NCBI GenBank assembly: GCA_001599295.1
Contig: BCGN01000003.1
Coordinates: 62,001-126,000 of the forward strand
Source of the DNA: Sporopachydermia quercuum
Taxonomy: Eukaryota
Length of the DNA: 64,000 nt
Direction of reading: 5' to 3'
Position numbers and translations under genes: made by a program. Positions 40,314 through 51,153 of the stretch are shown here, one piece after another. The notes beneath the pieces are model-generated. The model ran no database searches, was not told the DNA's origin, and was given only the letters and a program-made list of their open reading frames with translations. Every line of letters begins with the position of its first letter. Position 1 is the stretch's first letter.

Positions 40314-42101
40314 ATGACAGTCGATTCTCCTAAATACTCACAATTATCTGAAGCAGAACGGATCCTTGATCTCTTATTATCTAACCAGAATTTACCAATA
40401 CCTTCGGAAGCTCGAGATCTCGCCAGAGATGTCCAATTCTACCTACCAGAACCTCCAGCAGGTATCAGCAACGCTTCTGTTAAGAACTCCGAAATCATAG
40501 TCCCGGTGCCTTTAAAAGAAGCCGAAGCTGTTTCCGCTTTGAAAGCCATTGAAGGCTCTGTTGCAAACCTAATCGGGAAACTTCGGTTCGGCCCTGATTA
40601 CCAATCAGATATCAAAATCGATCTTCAACATGCCCTTATGTTCCTTTTTATGGCTTATATCGCTTCCGTTAATGGTTACACGAAAGCGGATAAAGAAGAG
40701 GTCAAGAAATACCTCAAAAACACAGATTTATTATCCGCGCAAGCTATAACATATCGTCGGATGAGTGCCAACTTATATAAAACTAAGGATAATCGGTTCT
40801 ATCACATCCACGGTTCATTAGAAGCCACCACTACCCTTAACATGATCGGTTTACCGGGGTACAATGATAAATTAACCGATTATATGGATGTTGTTAATAC
40901 AATTCAAGGCGCGGTTAGTAAATTTGATTGTGATGAGTTGGAAAAGCTCAATTTGAAGCATAGGCAAGCTGGTGTTGAAGCTTTAACTCCGGAAAAGTTT
41001 CGGGAAAGTGCACACGGCAAAGTTATATCCAAGGAACCTTATTGGAGTGTTGATATGCTTGAAAATGAAACTCCGCCTGTGGAATTTCCTGGAATCAACA
41101 GTATCCCGAAGACTCCTACTGGGAAGCCCCAGATTTTAGCAGGCATTAAGGTTCTTGAATTATGCCGGATAATTGCCGGTCCTACAATCGCCCGTATTTT
41201 AGCGGAATACGGAGCGGAAGTGTTGAAAATCACAGGACCCAATCTCTCGGATGTTCCGTTCTTCCAGGTCGACGGGAATATGGGAAAACATTGTGGAGAA
41301 TTGGATTTGAAAACTCCCGAAGGTAAAGCGAAATTCCGAGAGCTTTTGGCTGATGCCGATGTCTTGGTCGACGGATATCGAACCGATGCGATCAAGAAAT
41401 TAGGCTTCGGCCCTGAAGAGCTAGCCGAGCTAGGTAAGAAGCGTGGTAAAGGTTACGTTTACGTCTCTGAGAATTGTTTCGGATTCAAAGGAGAATGGGC
41501 TTTCCGTGCGGGTTGGCAACAAATTGCCGATTGTGTAACCGGTGTGGCTTGGCTGCAAGGTAAGGCATTTGGATTAAACGAACCNATGGTTCCTCCATTC
41601 CCAATGTCGGATTATGGAACCGGATGCATGGGAGCAATTGCGGCAATGGTAGGATTGTATAACCGAGCTACTAAAGGTGGTTCGTATTGGGGGAAAACGT
41701 CATTGGTACAATATGATTTATTATTGTTAGACCAAGGAGAATACCCGGAAGAGGTGTGGAATAAGGTAAAAGAGCTTCACGACCCCGAGATTTTCCGACT
41801 TAGATATTATGACTCAGTTGATAAGATTTCAAGCACGTGTTTAAAAAGCATGAAGAAACTCCGACCCGATTATTTTTCAGGAGACTCTGATTTTTATGAC
41901 GAGAAAGGAGAATTGGTGCCTGAGAAGACTTCAAGTAAGTTTGGAGCTGAAGGTAAGAAGTACATGGAGGAGCATTACGGGGAAGCATTTGGAGCTAATA
42001 TCAAAGTTTTGAAGCCAGTGGTTGAGGCAGATAAAACATGGAATGGATTCTTAGAGGTTAGTAGGACAAATGGCTACGATAAACCAGAATGGTTCAGATA
42101 A
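40314..42101 (+). CDS. CaiB/BaiF family III CoA-transferase-like protein (upstream in-frame ATG at 40230)
   Basis: LAGIKVLELCRIIAGPTIARILAEYGAEVLKI, LDLKTPEGK...LADADVLVDGYR and PPFPMSDYGTG (putative catalytic Asp). Confidence 0.88.
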   Translation: MTVDSPKYSQLSEAERILDLLLSNQNLPIPSEARDLARDVQFYLPEPPAGISNASVKNSEIIVPVPLKEAEAVSALKAIEGSVANLIGKLRFGPDYQSDIKIDLQHALMFLFMAYIASVNGYTKADKEEVKKYLKNTDLLSAQAITYRRMSANLYKTKDNRFYHIHGSLEATTTLNMIGLPGYNDKLTDYMDVVNTIQGAVSKFDCDELEKLNLKHRQAGVEALTPEKFRESAHGKVISKEPYWSVDMLENETPPVEFPGINSIPKTPTGKPQILAGIKVLELCRIIAGPTIARILAEYGAEVLKITGPNLSDVPFFQVDGNMGKHCGELDLKTPEGKAKFRELLADADVLVDGYRTDAIKKLGFGPEELAELGKKRGKGYVYVSENCFGFKGEWAFRAGWQQIADCVTGVAWLQGKAFGLNEXMVPPFPMSDYGTGCMGAIAAMVGLYNRATKGGSYWGKTSLVQYDLLLLDQGEYPEEVWNKVKELHDPEIFRLRYYDSVDKISSTCLKSMKKLRPDYFSGDSDFYDEKGELVPEKTSSKFGAEGKKYMEEHYGEAFGANIKVLKPVVEADKTWNGFLEVSRTNGYDKPEWFR

Positions 42102-42505
42102 AAGAGAGGAGATAATAACGGAGATTTGAAGGAAGTAAGCATGGATCTTATTTCGATCGGAAGTGACAAGAGCAGAATGAAACGGAATTCCAAGGTTTAT
42201 GAATTAGATTTCAGTTCAATTTTTGCATGGATTTTATAAACAACAAACTAACTTGAAATATATATTATCTATTTGTTCATATACATTTCAATTCTGAATG
42301 TATCTTATGCTAGCTTATTATCGTATTATATCATTAATGATTTTTATGGATTGAACTATGATTTTCTCGCTTACCATACAATAACCTTATTTATAGTTTA
42401 TAATTTACAAACTTTATTTATCAATCTCNGTATTAAGCAAAGTTTATATAAATCTAAACCGACAAACTTTAAGTTATGCTATTTTTTTCTTCTATTTTCC
42501 TGTCC

Positions 42506-44071
42506 CTAAATGTCATAAGGCTTTAGATTATCTGATACAACAAAATCAGCTTCAGTCTTAGCTTTAACTTCTTCAACGCTTGTTGATGGATCAATCTCAA
42601 TCAATGTTAATCCGTTTTCAAAATCCACGTCAAATACTGCTAAATCAGTGATAATTCTTGATACACATTGCTTTCCTGTTAATGGGAATGAACATTGCTT
42701 AAGAATCTTTGGATTGCCCTTCTTATCAGTATGATCCATCACAATAACAACTCTCATCTTTGTAGGATTTGAAACTAGATCCATAGCTCCTCCCATACCT
42801 TTAACTTTACCTGGTAATGCCCAGTTGGCTAAATCACCATATTGAGAAACTTGCATTGCTCCAAGTATTGTTAAATCAATTCTACCAGATCTGATCATTG
42901 CAAATGATTCTTCTGAACCGAAAACTGAACCATTCTTGTTCAAAGTGACGGTTTCCTTACCCGCATTAATCAAATCAGGATCTTCTTCGCCTGGTTTAGG
43001 ATATGGTCCCATACCTAGAATACCGTTTTCTGATTGTAAGGTGATTTCCATACTTGATGGTAAGAAGCCGGGAGCTAAAGTAGGCATACCGATACCTAGA
43101 TTGGCATATCCGCCATCTTTGAACTCTTTTGCTGCTCTTCTCACAATTCTTTCTCTTCTTAAATCAGATTCTGACTTAGATTTGGATTCACCAGTAGCTG
43201 CGGTTTCGGCCTTGTGATCTTCCGGAGCGGAGTTCTTGACAATCTCAATATTCTTTGGCGTAGTTGATTGAACAACACCAGTAACATAAATTCCAGGCAA
43301 ATGAACATCTTCAGGTGGAATTTCACCTTGTTCAACAATATTCTCGGCTTCCACAATTGTTATTTTGCCGGCTCTACCCATAGCAGAGTTGAAGTTTCGG
43401 GAGGACCCTCTAAACCAACAGTTACCAAAAGTGTCAGCTTTATAAGCTTTAACAAATGCAACATCACCAACGATTGCTTCTTCTAATAAAAACTTTCTAC
43501 CATTAAATTCTCGTACTTCTCTTGGTTTGCTATGCTTAATTACTTTGCCTTCGGAATCATATTTAACAGGTAATTGTCCTTCTTCTAACCAAGTACCAAC
43601 ACCAGTAGGGGTATAGAAAGCAGGCACACCAGCACCAGCAGCTCTGATTCTTTCAGCAATTGTTCCTTGTGGAGTTAATTCCAATTCGATTTTACCTTGT
43701 AGATAGCACTGTTCGAACACTTTGTTCATTCCGATATATGAAGCAATCATCTTGGTGATTTGACCAGTTTTTAACAGCTTACTTAGGCCAGAATCAGCAG
43801 TGCCAGCATTATTTGAAACAGCGCAAATATTGTGAACTTTCCCTTGTCTTTCTAATTCATTGATTAGAGTATCTGGGACACCAGATAAACCAAATCCACC
43901 AGACAATAATGTTATATCCTTTTGTGGCACTTTTGCAAGGGCTTCTTCCACTGTCATTACTTTTGATCTAGCAGCAGAAGCAATTGATACTGAAAAGGCT
44001 CTAACCACAATTCTTGCAGTTGTTTTTGATATCCCAACGGGGATCACCCGAGGATTCACCGAGAAAATCAT
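42506..44071 (-). CDS. 3-oxoacid (3-oxoadipate):succinyl-CoA transferase, fused A/B subunits, mitochondrial presequence (Osc1/SCOT-like)
   Basis: First ATG at 44071 (44092 is TTG). LLSGGFGLSGVP, ELTPQGTIAERIRAAGAG, NLGIGMP, catalytic SENG and KGMGGAMDL. Confidence 0.92.
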   Translation of the reverse strand: MIFSVNPRVIPVGISKTTARIVVRAFSVSIASAARSKVMTVEEALAKVPQKDITLLSGGFGLSGVPDTLINELERQGKVHNICAVSNNAGTADSGLSKLLKTGQITKMIASYIGMNKVFEQCYLQGKIELELTPQGTIAERIRAAGAGVPAFYTPTGVGTWLEEGQLPVKYDSEGKVIKHSKPREVREFNGRKFLLEEAIVGDVAFVKAYKADTFGNCWFRGSSRNFNSAMGRAGKITIVEAENIVEQGEIPPEDVHLPGIYVTGVVQSTTPKNIEIVKNSAPEDHKAETAATGESKSKSESDLRRERIVRRAAKEFKDGGYANLGIGMPTLAPGFLPSSMEITLQSENGILGMGPYPKPGEEDPDLINAGKETVTLNKNGSVFGSEESFAMIRSGRIDLTILGAMQVSQYGDLANWALPGKVKGMGGAMDLVSNPTKMRVVIVMDHTDKKGNPKILKQCSFPLTGKQCVSRIITDLAVFDVDFENGLTLIEIDPSTSVEEVKAKTEADFVVSDNLKPYDI

Positions 44072-44512
44072 TTTTCTTCTGCTGATATCCAAATGATCTG
44101 TTAGATAGTAACGGTATCGGGAGATAAGCGAACTATGAATAGAGTGAACTAACTATAAGACAAGAAAGAAGAATATAAGTTAAGTTATAAGGTAAATAGT
44201 GAATAGTATAGATGTAAGAAGGATATGAGGAAGAAATAAGTATGAAAAATAAGTAGTAAGGAAAAAAGAAGGAGGGAAGAAAAAGAGAGTATGAATAGCA
44301 AGTAAGTATCAATTCCCCGGATTTTGAAACTTTTCACTATAAAATGCGGTCCGAAGAATCCCAATAAAGGTAGAATAAGGCCCCCTATTTTGGATGATTA
44401 TTCCGAGTTTTTCCTACTAAATAGGAACTATCAACCACAATGCTGTTAATGATGGAAAAAAAGATAGGATCAGTAGCCATAATATGGTAAACAAGTGGAA
44501 AATCTGTTATAC

Positions 44513-44569
44513 TTATCCGATGAAAGCTGTCGGATAACTGATACACCGGAAAATGGTGGTGTCGGATAA
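44513..44569. promoter_or_regulatory. Candidate Zn2Cys6 binding element: TTATCCGA-N9-TCGGATAA plus a third TCGGATAA
   Basis: Sites at 44513-44520, 44530-44537 and 44562-44569 in the divergent CoA-transferase/thiolase promoter. Confidence 0.65.
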
Positions 44570-45658
44570 GTGTGGGGATGCACATGAGATGAAAAAAGGA
44601 AATGTGGAGTAGAGTTTAATTAGTGGGAATTACTTTAATAAGTAGTCATTAGTATGGAAATGGCTAAGTGTTTGATTGTTAATGCAAATCTTAAATGTAA
44701 ACGTTAACGTTGATCTGGCTGGAAGTCTGTCTCTCGGTAAAACCAAAAGCTAATAATCGAATTTACTACGTAGATAATTAGGAAGTAATTCATGGATTGA
44801 TCCGTAAGTTTGGAGATAATTGATTCAAACATAGCTGTTTGAGATGCTTTTCAATCTCATAGTAAAACCTTCGTTTTTTATGGTTATTCCTTGATTCACG
44901 TTCAAATTCACTCTGCATCACTTATTTGGCTCAGCCTTATCGGATATGTGTATCGGAAGCGTGCCAACAGGTTACATTGTAGCAGCCAATCCCATCGAAA
45001 GCTTTCACGACATACAGTACTACGCTTTCAATCTATTCTATAGAATAAATTGCTGTTTATAACTAATAATATATTAAATTAATCATTTTGATCTCCAATC
45101 AACAGTGGAATGGTATAGTATACTAATTCAGCCACACTATTTATATACTCCACACGCTGAAAATCCCCACACTACATATTAAAGTTCAGTAACCCTTCAT
45201 AATAGGTAACTACCACCTCAAACAGAAAATACTTTCCTATTCAAGTACCAATCGGAAATACCCATTGCCGATAACACTTCCGATCTTGATTTGATCTCTC
45301 TTCTCCTTTAATTGCTTCCGTTTCGTTCCGTTATATTAATTTGGTTCCTTATTTAATTTTTCAGTTATTCTTTATACTGTTTGTTTAAAACTGGTTCTTC
45401 CTCCTGTTTTAATCCGCAGATTTCTTCCTTCTTGACATTTGTCAATTATAATTCGATTCTTCAGTTTCATATTATGTTTTTGTATCCTGCATCACGTGAA
45501 CTCCAGTTATCCGTCACATTCACATTTTTCAACCGAATTCCCATAATTGTCCATTTGATCCGATTTGATCCGATTCAGAGCTGAATTTACATCCGAAATT
45601 TTACAACCATCTACATAAGCATCCGACTTTGAGTCAGTAAAAAAATCTAACATTAAAA

Positions 45659-46903
45659 ATGTCCGGCCTACAAAAAATCCTTAAAAAATCCGCTTCCGAC
45701 GTGGTGATCCTTTCCGCCCTCAGAACTCCAATCACCAAAGCAAAGAAAGGTGGCTTGGCAAACATGTACCCCGAGGAATTGGTCCACACAGTTCTCAAAG
45801 CCACACTTGATAAAACGGGAATCAAACCTAGTGAAGTAAACGAAGTAATGGTTGGCGCAGTTCTTCAAAAACTATGTGGACATAAAGTATCAGCAACAGC
45901 CGTAAAGCATTCGGGATTCCCTATTTCGACCACTGTTTCTCAGATCAACCGTCAATGTTCTTCTTCCGCTCAAGCTGTGGCGTCATTAGCCGGGGCTATG
46001 GCTTTAGGTTCTGTGAGAACGGGAATTGCCGTTGGTGTTGAGTCCATGACTATGGATTATTTCCCACATCGAGGTATTCCTGAAAGGATGTCACCCGCTT
46101 TAAAGAATTCGCCAATTGATGATGCTCGAAACGTTGTTATGCCTATGGGTATTACATCCGAGAATGTGGCCGAGAAGTTTGGAATCACCCGAGCTCAGCA
46201 AGACGAATTCGCCTACAATTCCCATTTGAAGGCCGCCAAATCCCGGTCCTCTGGGCATTTCGCTAAAGAAATCGTCCCAGTAAACGCCCGATATTTCGAC
46301 GACATCGGAGAAACAAACGCTGAAACTTCTGACAAGGAATCAATTGAGAAGTTCCGAGAAATCGCCGAAGATGACGGAATAAGACCTACAATTTCTATAG
46401 AAAAACTCTCTTCTCTGTCCGGGGCTTTCAAAGAAAACGGAACCACAACAGCAGGTAACTCTTCTCAAGTCTCCGACGGTGCCGCTGCTGTTTTAGTCAC
46501 TACCCGGGAAAACGCCGAAAGCCTCGGAATCGTCCCAATCGGGAAATTCGTCGGATATCAAGTTTCTGGAGTTCCTTCTGATTTGATGGGAATTGCTCCT
46601 TCTGTCGCTATCCCTGATTTACTTCAAAGATTCAATCTGTCCACTTCCGATGTTGATATTTGGGAGTTAAATGAAGCCTTTGCTTCCCAATCTGTTTATT
46701 GTATTAATAAATTAGGCCTCCCACTAGAAAAAGTAAATCCTTTCGGTGGCGCAATTGCCATTGGTCATCCTTTGGGCGCCACAGGTGCCAGATGTATAGC
46801 TACATTGATGAATGGNTTAGAAGCTACTGGGGGCAAAGTTGGTGTTGTGTCTATGTGTGCATCTACGGGACAGGGATTTGCTGGGTTATTTGTGAGAGAA
46901 TAA
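45659..46903 (+). CDS. Thiolase, probable 3-oxoadipyl-CoA thiolase (Oct1-like)
   Basis: INRQCSSS (catalytic Cys), TTAGNSSQVSDGAAA, NEAFA, GHPLGATG and MCASTGQG; cluster context. Confidence 0.9.
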   Translation: MSGLQKILKKSASDVVILSALRTPITKAKKGGLANMYPEELVHTVLKATLDKTGIKPSEVNEVMVGAVLQKLCGHKVSATAVKHSGFPISTTVSQINRQCSSSAQAVASLAGAMALGSVRTGIAVGVESMTMDYFPHRGIPERMSPALKNSPIDDARNVVMPMGITSENVAEKFGITRAQQDEFAYNSHLKAAKSRSSGHFAKEIVPVNARYFDDIGETNAETSDKESIEKFREIAEDDGIRPTISIEKLSSLSGAFKENGTTTAGNSSQVSDGAAAVLVTTRENAESLGIVPIGKFVGYQVSGVPSDLMGIAPSVAIPDLLQRFNLSTSDVDIWELNEAFASQSVYCINKLGLPLEKVNPFGGAIAIGHPLGATGARCIATLMNXLEATGGKVGVVSMCASTGQGFAGLFVRE

Positions 46904-47448
46904 GAATGTGGTAATTAGTGAGCTGGATACAATTGGAGTTTGGTGTTGGAGTTCCATATTTTTAGATTTAATTATACCAAATCATTAATCATAAACCGCA
47001 AGCCCACAACAATAAAAATATCAATAAATTATTCATCAGCGTGTAAGCAAACATCTTTTCTCAAGTGAGCCACAATTGATACTGAAAACGCATGAAGAAG
47101 GACCTTAAAACAACCAGAAAGTAGTCGCATTTTACTGTGTTTTCATTTCGCTATAATTTTTTATTTCTTTTATGTTTTATTTTTTGATTTGCTGGTTGAA
47201 GGGCTCTAGATTGGTTACTAAAAAGCTGTATGTTGCCTACTATTTGTTCTCTAAATAGTTATTAGCGATTGGGTATATGATTTCCGGTATTTGCTTGACT
47301 ANCTTCCAACTATTATTTCCAGTATGTACATTATAGTTTCCGATATTTATCCTCTTGCTATTTTATGCTATTATAGGGCAATACGTTCCGTTATGATCTC
47401 CGTTATTTATGCAAATACCCCACGTACCCCATATCCTCCTCATTTCCG

Positions 47449-50400
47449 CTAAAANCCTTGCCCTATTAGCATACCTCGGAAAACATCCTCTTTATCCCCG
47501 CTTTCCAACTGTAGTGAAAAGTTCAAATTAAACGCATCATACACAAAGATCTCATTATCTATTCCGTTCCCAGTTTCCAAACCGGAAAAAACATCAGCAG
47601 GAGCTTCAGCAGCATCTTCCTCATTGGTAAATCCGGTCGAGGATGTGCTTTCAATAGTGCGGGGACCTTGCAGATATGGAGGCGTATTAGTGCTGGTAGT
47701 ATTCGAAGTGTTCCTTGGATAAAAGGGGCTAAAATGAGGGGCACGCGGGGCATTAAGAGCCATTGAAGAGTGATGAGGTTGGGCTGGTGATTTTGGTTGT
47801 AATTGTTGTAGTGTATTACCTAAGTAAGGAAATCCTTGCTGTGAACTCAGTGTTGAGTATTTATCTGACTGAGTAACCGAATTGCGAGGTAAATTACCCA
47901 AATTGGAATTTGTGTTTTCAGCTTGTTCTATTTGTCCCACCTCCGAATCTACCCCGCTTATTTCTCCGTTTCGTTGCAACCATCGGTCGAAATCAAGAAA
48001 ACTCGCGGGGTAGATTGACACCTTGTTATTAGAGGTCAGTGGGGTAGCGGAACCTAAACAACTAAGGTTCAAATACGAGTCAGAATTAATCTTCAAGTTT
48101 GCATTTGTATTTGCATTTGTGTTCCGTTCTGTTCCGGATGGGGAAGCAACGGTATTCATAGTTTCATTACGAATATCGGAGACTCTTGCTGCTGCTTGCC
48201 CCACTATGTTTGTTCCAAAATTGAGCATATGAGTATCCATATCAAGTAGCCCGTTGGCGGGGTCATTTTGATTGCTTTGCTGCTTTGCACCACCTACCTC
48301 TGTCCTAGTTGCGATCCCAGTTCCGGTTCCGCTCGAATTACCCAATTTAGCTTCTTCTAGATACTTTATCGGATTTCCGATTCCTAATGCAGAACACAAT
48401 CGGGTCAAAATGTCACCATATCTCCGAGCNGAGGCGTCTTCGGAACCTAATTCTCCTAATATGCAAGCTACCGCGCATAATGCGTCGTTTATACATATGT
48501 CTTTTTGAGGGTGGAGATGTAAAGCTTGTAAGCCGAGGATAATCCCGCAATTAAATGCATAGTAAATGAGCAAATGCGGGCGGCGGGGTTTTTGGTACTC
48601 ATTTTTGCCGTACATGTGATCGACTAGCTGAACCGATAGTAATGCCGACTGTACGCAAGCTTGCAGAAACGAATCAAAAACCTTGATTGCCGATAACACG
48701 TAGCGGGAATTAGACGAATTAGCCAAATTCATCGAGGCAGCCGAGGCTGCCGTTTGAGGCGCAGAAGAGTTGGTCCTGCTGCTAGCCCCATTTAGAGCAT
48801 TCAGGTTAGTGTGACTCTTGCTGGGTAGCAAAGAGGGCAAATCCAAAGACCTGGAGATCACGTAATAAAAAAATGGCCGGGACAGTAAAATTACTCCGTG
48901 AAGATGCGCTAAATGGATGCGCAGAACCGCCATTTGGATAGTCTGGGGTACACGTTTAAGTTTTGTGATTCCAATCTGATGCGAAGTAGTAAGATGAGTA
49001 TTGGTTTGCGTACTACGGAATGGTGACACTTCAGGATTTACCCCGCCGTTTGCCCCACTTCCGGCTCCAGTTTCTGTACCATTTATTCCGGTTCCGGTTC
49101 CTCCTGTGAGATCTCCGGCGATCTTCGTTGGCAATAAACTCTCAACTCGGAATTCCTCGGGAAGTCCCTCGGACCAATTTTTGAGTTTCAGCGCTAAAAC
49201 CCGGGCATGGTTTGAACTTAATCTCCCCTTCCGATAAACGTGCCGAGAAATATCCCCAAGAATTCGGCATATCCGAACTAATTGGATGGAAATGCTGTCT
49301 TCATATTGCTCCACTACGGATTCGGAAAGCGGTTCAAATGAAGCTTCGGAGGAGGGGAAAAGCCAGGGGAGATGTGGTGTAGCAAGCGGGGTACTTAGTG
49401 GGGTTGAATCTTTGATATCTTTTGTGCTCTGACTTAAATTGCCCGAAATAGCTGAATTTGTCCGATTTTCCCGGTTTTCACTACCACTTCCACTTCCACT
49501 TCCGCTTCCACTTCCGCTTCCACTTCCGCTTCCACTTCCGCTTCCACTTCCGCTTCCACTTCCATTTCCATTTCCATTTCCGTTTCCCGTCCCACTTTCT
49601 CCCACATCTCCTCCTGTAGCCCCCCCAATAGCTCCTGTTCCTGTAGCTCCCGGCCCGTCATCCCATTCCTCGTCACTAATACTAAATGGCCTTCCTACGG
49701 ACAACGAAAATAACCGATCACTCACATACAAACTGCGCCACAGTTTCCTCCGATGCGTACATTCTTCCTTTCGAAATGCCACATTTACCGCCTTCCGAGA
49801 TAACCCTAAAGCTTGTCCGTACCGGATAGCTATTCCGAGGTTAAGCCACGCGGCATTTCGTTTGCACACTGATTGATAAAACAGGAACACTAATAAATAA
49901 GCTTGGACGACCCACAGGTTTCCGTTTTCCGCGTACTCGGCTAAAATTCCCAAAGCGGATTGGAAGAAAAGCCCGGGAGAAATACCCGATTGGGCAAACT
50001 TTTGGAATTTCTCCGGAATGTGATCCGATTTGATAAATACAGTTCCGATTGCGAATACTAAATGGATTAAACAAAGCTTACTTTTAGAAGCTCCCAACGG
50101 GTTCAAGTAGAGTTCCGAGATTTCATTCCGAAGCCAAGACATTCGGAAGACATAAGTGTAGGAATTGATGTTTGTACGGAAAGACTCTGTAAGAATATCT
50201 GCGATTTCCCGCGCCGGTAACTGTGCCACTGTAATACTAGGCGAATACCCGGGAGCATCTACCAGGTTGAACCTTCCGGGATCTTCCGTGAATTCCGACA
50301 CTCCGAGCTTTCGCAAGAAAAGGTTTCGACATTGGGCCAAAAGGGATAAAACAGAAGTCTCCCCAATATACCGGAGATTCCCCGAGGTGTCGTGAAGTAA

Positions 50401-51153
50401 GCGGGAATTTTTCCCGTCTTTCACGGGTTCCACTTCGTAGTCGATTTCTTCGGAAGCGGAGGCGAAAGTTGAAGGGTGTGATTGGGAAAGTTGGAGGGTG
50501 TGATTGTGTGATTGTGGCTCTGGTGGTAACTGTGGCGCTGACTCATTCTGTGGGTCATTTAACACAGAGGCCAAATCATTGTTTTTCCTTTTCCTTTTCC
50601 GTTTTTGTTCATTTGGAGCATANATCGCATTGGGAGATTCCGAGATTATTTCCGATATCTTCCCCGAAATAGTCTCCGACGTTGTCTCCGTCATAGTTTC
50701 CGATATTGTTCCCATATTCTTATTCACGTCTTTCATAGTTTGCGGTTCATCCTCATTAACCAAAGACTGTACTGGGTTTGCCCTACTGTTTGACCCACCT
50801 ACCCCTCCCCCGCGTTTTGAACCGTTACGAATCGAGTATTCACATGTAAATCCCTTCCGACTGCATATTTTGCACGGCAATTGTCCGTCACACTTCTGCT
50901 TCCGCTTCTTACACGAATTACAAGCATAAGCCACCCGTTTCCGCTTCGACTCATCTACTATTCGGCGCCGCCTTTTCGCAGCGGCTGAGGTAGAGGGGTT
51001 GGCAGGGTAGGTTGAATTTGTAGTGCTAGTATTAGTATTAGCGTCAGAATTTGCCGCGGAATAGAACTCCTTGTTGGGGTTTATTGGAACAGGAGTTGTA
51101 TTTTGAGGAGGTAAAATGGGATTTGAGGCATCGAAACCAGGATGCGAAGGCAT
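47449..51153 (-). CDS. Zn(II)2Cys6 fungal transcription factor with a fungal-TF middle homology region; probable cluster regulator
   Basis: ACNSCKKRKQKCDGQLPCKICSRKGFTC, RRKLWRSLYVSDRLFSLSVGRP and an acidic/hydrophobic C-terminus. Confidence 0.92.
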   Translation of the reverse strand: MPSHPGFDASNPILPPQNTTPVPINPNKEFYSAANSDANTNTSTTNSTYPANPSTSAAAKRRRRIVDESKRKRVAYACNSCKKRKQKCDGQLPCKICSRKGFTCEYSIRNGSKRGGGVGGSNSRANPVQSLVNEDEPQTMKDVNKNMGTISETMTETTSETISGKISEIISESPNAXYAPNEQKRKRKRKNNDLASVLNDPQNESAPQLPPEPQSHNHTLQLSQSHPSTFASASEEIDYEVEPVKDGKNSRLLHDTSGNLRYIGETSVLSLLAQCRNLFLRKLGVSEFTEDPGRFNLVDAPGYSPSITVAQLPAREIADILTESFRTNINSYTYVFRMSWLRNEISELYLNPLGASKSKLCLIHLVFAIGTVFIKSDHIPEKFQKFAQSGISPGLFFQSALGILAEYAENGNLWVVQAYLLVFLFYQSVCKRNAAWLNLGIAIRYGQALGLSRKAVNVAFRKEECTHRRKLWRSLYVSDRLFSLSVGRPFSISDEEWDDGPGATGTGAIGGATGGDVGESGTGNGNGNGNGSGSGSGSGSGSGSGSGSGSGSGSGSGSENRENRTNSAISGNLSQSTKDIKDSTPLSTPLATPHLPWLFPSSEASFEPLSESVVEQYEDSISIQLVRICRILGDISRHVYRKGRLSSNHARVLALKLKNWSEGLPEEFRVESLLPTKIAGDLTGGTGTGINGTETGAGSGANGGVNPEVSPFRSTQTNTHLTTSHQIGITKLKRVPQTIQMAVLRIHLAHLHGVILLSRPFFYYVISRSLDLPSLLPSKSHTNLNALNGASSRTNSSAPQTAASAASMNLANSSNSRYVLSAIKVFDSFLQACVQSALLSVQLVDHMYGKNEYQKPRRPHLLIYYAFNCGIILGLQALHLHPQKDICINDALCAVACILGELGSEDAXARRYGDILTRLCSALGIGNPIKYLEEAKLGNSSGTGTGIATRTEVGGAKQQSNQNDPANGLLDMDTHMLNFGTNIVGQAAARVSDIRNETMNTVASPSGTERNTNANTNANLKINSDSYLNLSCLGSATPLTSNNKVSIYPASFLDFDRWLQRNGEISGVDSEVGQIEQAENTNSNLGNLPRNSVTQSDKYSTLSSQQGFPYLGNTLQQLQPKSPAQPHHSSMALNAPRAPHFSPFYPRNTSNTTSTNTPPYLQGPRTIESTSSTGFTNEEDAAEAPADVFSGLETGNGIDNEIFVYDAFNLNFSLQLESGDKEDVFRGMLIGQXF
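49481..49590 (-). repeat. Coding hexamer repeat encoding (GN)n(GS)n inside the transcription factor
   Basis: (CTTCCA/CTTCCG)n on the plus strand, translating as GNGNGNGNGSGSGSGS... Confidence 0.9.
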
